Source: Paraspadella gotoi (taxonomy: Eukaryota > Animalia > Chaetognatha). Taken from it: a DNA stretch of 64,000 nucleotides. Location of the stretch: assembly GCA_051294375.1 (NCBI GenBank), contig CM119269.1, positions 15,015,918-15,079,917 of the forward strand, read 5' to 3'. This document shows positions 58,671 to 64,000 of this stretch, one piece after another (position 1 is the first letter of the stretch; every line of letters starts with the position of its first letter). The notes below the pieces were generated by a model. That model had not been told where the DNA came from. It ran no database searches and saw nothing but the letters and a program-made list of their open reading frames with translations. The position numbers and the translations under genes were made by a program.

Positions 58671-59100
58671 AGTGAGATGCCCCATCCCAATGGGCATCAC
58701 AGGCAACCCGGCTGTTGCCATACCTGAACCTTTTTTCCGCATTGCATTCCAACAAGAATCGTCCGTCAGATGGCCCTTTAAAGTAGGCAAAGGTAAAACA
58801 AAAGAGAAGGAGTATTTTGCGGAACATTCAACCTCAATCAGGTTTAACTTCTTCAAACCGGTTCTTTAGCGAAATCGTAACTAAAGAAGTAATTCATTCC
58901 TTTGAAAAAATTAAGGCTAAAATTAAAAAAAAAAAAAATCCCTGCTTTTTACTTCCGCCTTCAAATTAATGACATTTGTACTTTTTTACTTTTCTGTGGA
59001 AGGGGCGGTTTATTATAAAAAATAAACTCACGCCAAACTACATAAGAGTATTCGAGCATTGGTAATTTACAATTGGCTATGGTCAAACTGGTCGTCGACG

Positions 59101-62100
59101 ATGACGCGAAGTGTTTTTATGGTAAGTAAAATGAATTTATCTTTATATGATTCATATTTAGTAATCAGTTCCCATTGATAGGGAAGCCAGGTACTCTGGG
59201 AGTGAATAAACGAGACTGTGAGAGAGTCTTGATTGAAAGCTTGCAGGGACCTGCTATGTCATTATTTTGTAAGAGTGATGGAGGCCTTAAACCACCAAAG
59301 CCTGTCCAAAGTCAGCTTATTTATTAAATTAATGGATAATTGTTATATTGGTTGTACCAATTTCATAAATGTAAATACTTCGAAAACCTAAATTGAAATT
59401 TAGAAAACAAAATTTTTGATTTTTCACAACGAATTTATTCATTTTTCGTGTTTCGAACTTTGTTCTGTTCTTCATCAATGCAATAATACATTTTGAATTA
59501 CAAAATTTTGGTAAGTTAAAAGTTGAGAGAGAGTGGGAGAGAGAGACACAAAGAGTGAGGGAGAGGGAGAGAGAGACACAAAGAGTAAGGGAGAGAGAGA
59601 GAGAATCAAAGGATTGAGGGAAAGGTAACAATTAGAGGGTGAGGACAGTTGACGTTTTAGCTCAGAGGGAAAAAGAAATGAAAGGTCAAAGGAGGAAAAT
59701 GCAGAGGTAATAAATTAGACTTTACATCGTTATAAACTAAAATGAAAGTAAATGTAAATTAAAATTAAATTAATATTGATAACAATAACAATTCAAATAA
59801 GTTAGTTTTAGTTTTTTGAAAAATTAAAGATTAATTTATTACCTCTGCATTTTCCTCCTGTGACCTTTAATTTTTTTTTCTCCTGTATCTATCTATCTGT
59901 CCTCACCCTCTAATTTTTAACTTTCCATCAATCCTTTGTTAGAAGCTTTATCTCTCTGATTCACTCTCTCTCTCCCTCACTCTGTGTCTCTCTCTCCCCC
60001 CCTCTCTCTCTCCATCACAACTTTTAAGTTACCAAAATTTTATAATTCAAAATATATTATTGCACTGATGAAGAATTGAACAATGTTCGAAACATGTCTG
60101 CTCATAAATAAATAAATTCGTTGTGAAAAATCAAAAATTTTGTTTTCTAAATCTTTTACCAACGGAACGAAAGGAAAACAAACACATTAGTTGAAATTAA
60201 AAAAAAAATTTTAGGCTTTTTGTGAATTGAAGACTTTGTTTATATTCGCGAACTTAATCATCTTGGGATCGACTATAACAATTTCAACCAACTTAACGTT
60301 AAAGGAAGAATCATCAACATCCGTTCTTGCTACATGGAATAATCCAAGTGAAAACATATCAAATTATCATATATTCATTGAGCCTGCTGATATTCAAGTT
60401 CCGAAAGTAGTTGAAAGCAATAAAACATTTATTCGATTACAAAACTTGATATCTGGCCGAATTTATAACATTTCTTTACAATATAATGTGACAAAAAATG
60501 AAACAACAGAGCTAATCGTTGAAAAAATAAGCATTACTCTTTCTCCACACCGACCAGAAAATTTAGAATTGACGAAACTGTCAACGACTTCTATTAGAGT
60601 CTCGTGGGAGAAACCTGATGCTACAGACCTAAATTCATATAAAATCTCATTTACACCCAATGATCCAGGNNNNNNNNNNNNNNNNNNNNNNNNNAGGTCC
60701 TTTTACAGTTGACTCAGGTGCTCTTTCAGAAGAAGTTTCTGGTTTGACTCCAGGTAGAGAATATAATGTTTCAATTATATCAAAATCAGGAACAGAAAAT
60801 AGCATTGAAGTACAGAGTTCCATTCGTTTGAATCCTATACCACCTGAAAACATCACATTAACAAAGCTGTCAACAACATCCATTAGAGTCTCATGGAACA
60901 AGTCCGTCACAGATTTAGATTCATATAAAATCTCATTTACACCTAATGATCCATCAGGTCCTTTTACAGTTGACTCAGTGCTCTTTCAGAAAAAGTTACT
61001 GGTTTGAATCCAGGTAGAGAATATAATGTTTCAATTATATCAAAATCAGGAACAGAAAAAAGCATTGAAGCACAGAGTTCCATTCGTTTGAATCCTATAC
61101 CACCTGAAAACATCACATTAACAAAGCTGTCAATAACATCCATTAGAGTCTCATGGAACAAGTCCGTCACAGATTTAGATTCATATAAAATCTCATTTAC
61201 ACCCAATGATCCAGGAGGTCCTTTACAGTTGACTCTGGTGCTTCTTCAAAAGAAGTTTCTGGTTTGACTCCAGGTAGAGAATATAATGTTACAATTATAT
61301 CAAAATCAGGAACAGAAAATAGCATTGAAGCACAGACTACCATTCGTTTGAATCCTAAGCCACCTGAAGAAGTCACATTGACAAAGCTTTCAACAACATC
61401 CATTAGAGTCTCATGGAATAAGTCGCTCACAGATTTAGATTCATATGAAATCTCATTTACACCCAATGATCCATCAGGTCCTTTGACAGTTGACTCCAGT
61501 GCTTCTTCAAAAGAAGTTTCTGGTTTGATTCCAGGTAGAGAATATAATGTTACAATTATATCAAAATCAGGAACAGAAAATAGCATTGAAGCACAGACTA
61601 CCATTCGTTTGAATCCTAAGCCACCTGAAAAAATCACATTAACAAAGCTGTCAACAACATCCATTAGAGTCTCATGGAATAAGTCGGTCACAGATTTAGA
61701 TTCATATGAAATCTCATTTACACCCAATGATCCATCAGGTCCTTTTACAGTTGACTCAGGTGCTCTTTCAGAAGAAGTTACTGGTTTTGACTCCAGGTAG
61801 AGAATATAATGTTTCAATTATATCAAAATCAGGAACAGATAATAGCATTGAAACACAGAGTTCCATTCGTTTGAATCCTAAGCCACCTGAAAAAATCACA
61901 TTAACAAAGCTGTCAACAACATCCATTAGAGTCTCATGGAATAAGTCGGTCACAGATTTAGATTCATATGAAATCTCATTTACACCAATGATCCATCAGG
62001 TCCTTTTACAGTTGACTCTTCTGCTCTTTCAGAAGAAGTTACTGGTTTGACTCCAGGTAGAGAATATAATGTTTCAATTATATCAAAATCAGGAACAGAT

Positions 62101-64000
62101 AATAGCATTGAAACACAGAGTTCCATTCGTTGAATCCTAAGCCACCTGAAAAAATCACATTAACAAAGCTGTCAACAACATCTATTAGAGTCTCATGGAA
62201 TAAGTCGGTCACAGATTTAGATTCATATGAAATCTCATTTACACCCAATGATCCATCAGGTCCTTTGACAGTTGACTCAGGTGCTCTTTCAAAGAAGTTA
62301 CTGGTTTGACTCCAGGTAGAGAATATAATGTTTCAATTATATCAAAATCAGGAACAGAAAAAAGCATTGAAGCACAGAGTTCCATTCGTTTGAATCCTAT
62401 ACCACCTGAAAACATCACATTAACAAAGCTGTCAACAACATCCATTAGAGTCTCATGGAACAAGTCCGTCACAGATTTAGATTCATATAAAATCTCATTT
62501 ACACCCAATGATCCAGGAGTCCTTTTACAGTTGACTCTGGTGCTTCTTCAAAAGAAGTTTCTGGTTTGACTCCAGGTAGAGAATATAATTTTACAATTAT
62601 ATCAAAATCAGGAATAGAAAATAGCATTGAAGCACAGAGTTCCATTCGTTTGAATCCTATACCACCTGAAAACATCACATTAACAAAGCTGTCAACAACA
62701 TCCATTAGAGTCTCATGGAACAAGTCCGTCACAGATTTAGATTCATATAAAATCTCATTTACACCTAATGATCCATCAGGTCCTTTTACAGTTGACTCAG
62801 GTGCTCTTTCAGAAAAAGTTACTGGTTTGAATCCAGGTAGAGAATATAATGTTTTCAATTATATCAAAATCAGGAACAGAAAATAGCATTGAAGCACAGA
62901 GTTCCATTCGTTTGAATCCTATACCACCTAAAAACATCACATTAACAAAGCTGTCAACAACATCCATTAGAGTCTCATGGAACAAGTCCGTCACAGATTT
63001 AGATTCATATAAAATCTCATTTACACCTAATGATCCATCAGGTCCTTTTACAGTTGACTCAGGTGCTCTTTCAGAAGAAGTTACTGGTTTGACTCAGGTA
63101 GAGAATATAATGTTTCAATTATATCAAAATCAGGAACAGAAAAAAGCATTGAAGCACAGAGTTCCATTCATTTGAATCCTATACCACCTGAAAAACATCA
63201 CATTAACAAAGCTGTCAACAACATCCATTAGAGTCTCATGGAACAAGTCCGTCACAGATTTAGATTCATATAAAATCTCATTTACACCCAATGATCCAGG
63301 AGGTCCTTTTACAGTTGACTCTGGTGCTCTCTTCAAAAGAAGTTTCTGGTTTGACTCCAGGTAGAGAATATAATTTTACATTATATCAAAATCAGGAATA
63401 GAAATAGCATTGAAGCACAGAGTTCCATTCGTTTGAATCCTATACCACCTGAAAACATCACATTAACAAAGCTGTCAACAACATCCATTAGAGTCTCATG
63501 GAACAAGTCCGTCACAGATTTAGATTCATATAAAATCTCATTTACACCCAATGATCCAGGAGGTCCTTTTACAGTTGACTCTGGTGCTTCTTCAAAAGAA
63601 GTTTCTGGTTTGACTCCAGGTAGAGAATATAATGTTACAATTATATCAAAATCAGGAACAGAAAATAGCATTGAAGCACAGACTACCATTCGTTTGAATC
63701 CTAAGCCACCTGAAGAAGTCACATTGACAAAGCTTTCAACAACATCCATTAGAGTCTCATGGAATAAGTCGCTCACAGATTTAGATTCATATGAAATCTC
63801 ATTTACACCCAATGATCCATCAGGTCCTTTGACAGTTGACTCCGGTGCTTCTTCAAAGAAGTTTCTGTTTGATTCCAGTAAGAGAAATATAATGTTACAA
63901 TTATATCAAAATCAGGAACAGAAATAGCATTGAAGCACAGACTACCATTCGTTTGAATCCTAAGCCACCTCAAGAAGTCACATTGACAAAGCTTTCAACA
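59101..64000 (+). CDS. Signal-peptide protein with tandem fibronectin type III repeats (R3 receptor-PTP-like or tenascin-like ectodomain), incomplete at 3' end
   Basis: MTRSVFM|gtaagt...ag|AFCELKTLFIFANLIILGSTITIS, then one divergent FN3 and ~14 near-identical ~261-bp (87 aa) units PPENITLTKLSTTSIRVSWNKSVTDLDSYKISF...VSGLTPGREYNVSIISKSG. Scattered 1-bp frameshifts and an N gap. Confidence 0.85.
59393..60198 (+). mobile_element. Large Penelope-like inverted-repeat insertion with hammerhead motif (FN3 gene intron 1)
   Basis: Imperfect ~320-bp inverted arms (~59399-59720 / 59832-60152). Plus strand GCA-CTGATGA-AGAAT-TGAACAAT-GTTC-GAAAC-ATGTC-TGC at 60062-60101; tail CAACGGAACGAAAGGA; flanking TTGAAATT direct repeat. 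Confidence 0.78.

Noticed and set aside
60960-63930. Programmed frameshifting or pseudogenisation in the FN3 array
   Set aside because: The indels are single-base, often in short homopolymers and at different positions per unit, which fits long-read consensus error best.

Overview
Eukaryotic, almost certainly invertebrate metazoan, genomic DNA: AT-rich introns, GC-rich exons, abundant (GA)n/(GAC)n microsatellites, two N-gaps and signs of uncorrected long-read indels. Spliced genes reconstructed by eye: a BCCT-family betaine/choline transporter with a PLAC8-like tail (-), IQUB (+), a probable DNAAF8/C16orf71-like acidic protein (+), a SWEET sugar transporter with a U6 snRNA gene inside an intron (-), TMEM255/FAM70 (+), an OATP/SLCO4-like transporter (-), and a secreted or receptor protein with a homogenised fibronectin-III array running off the right edge (+). 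The most interesting unannotated content is catalytic-RNA-like. One is a circularly permuted (type-P5) twister ribozyme motif inside a ~260-bp hairpin-rich unit bounded by a 6-bp direct repeat (58462-58726). The other is three intronic palindromic Penelope-like insertions, each with a minimal hammerhead motif, a shared tail and an apparent target-site duplication. All calls come from manual reading and recalled family motifs; no database search or folding program was run.
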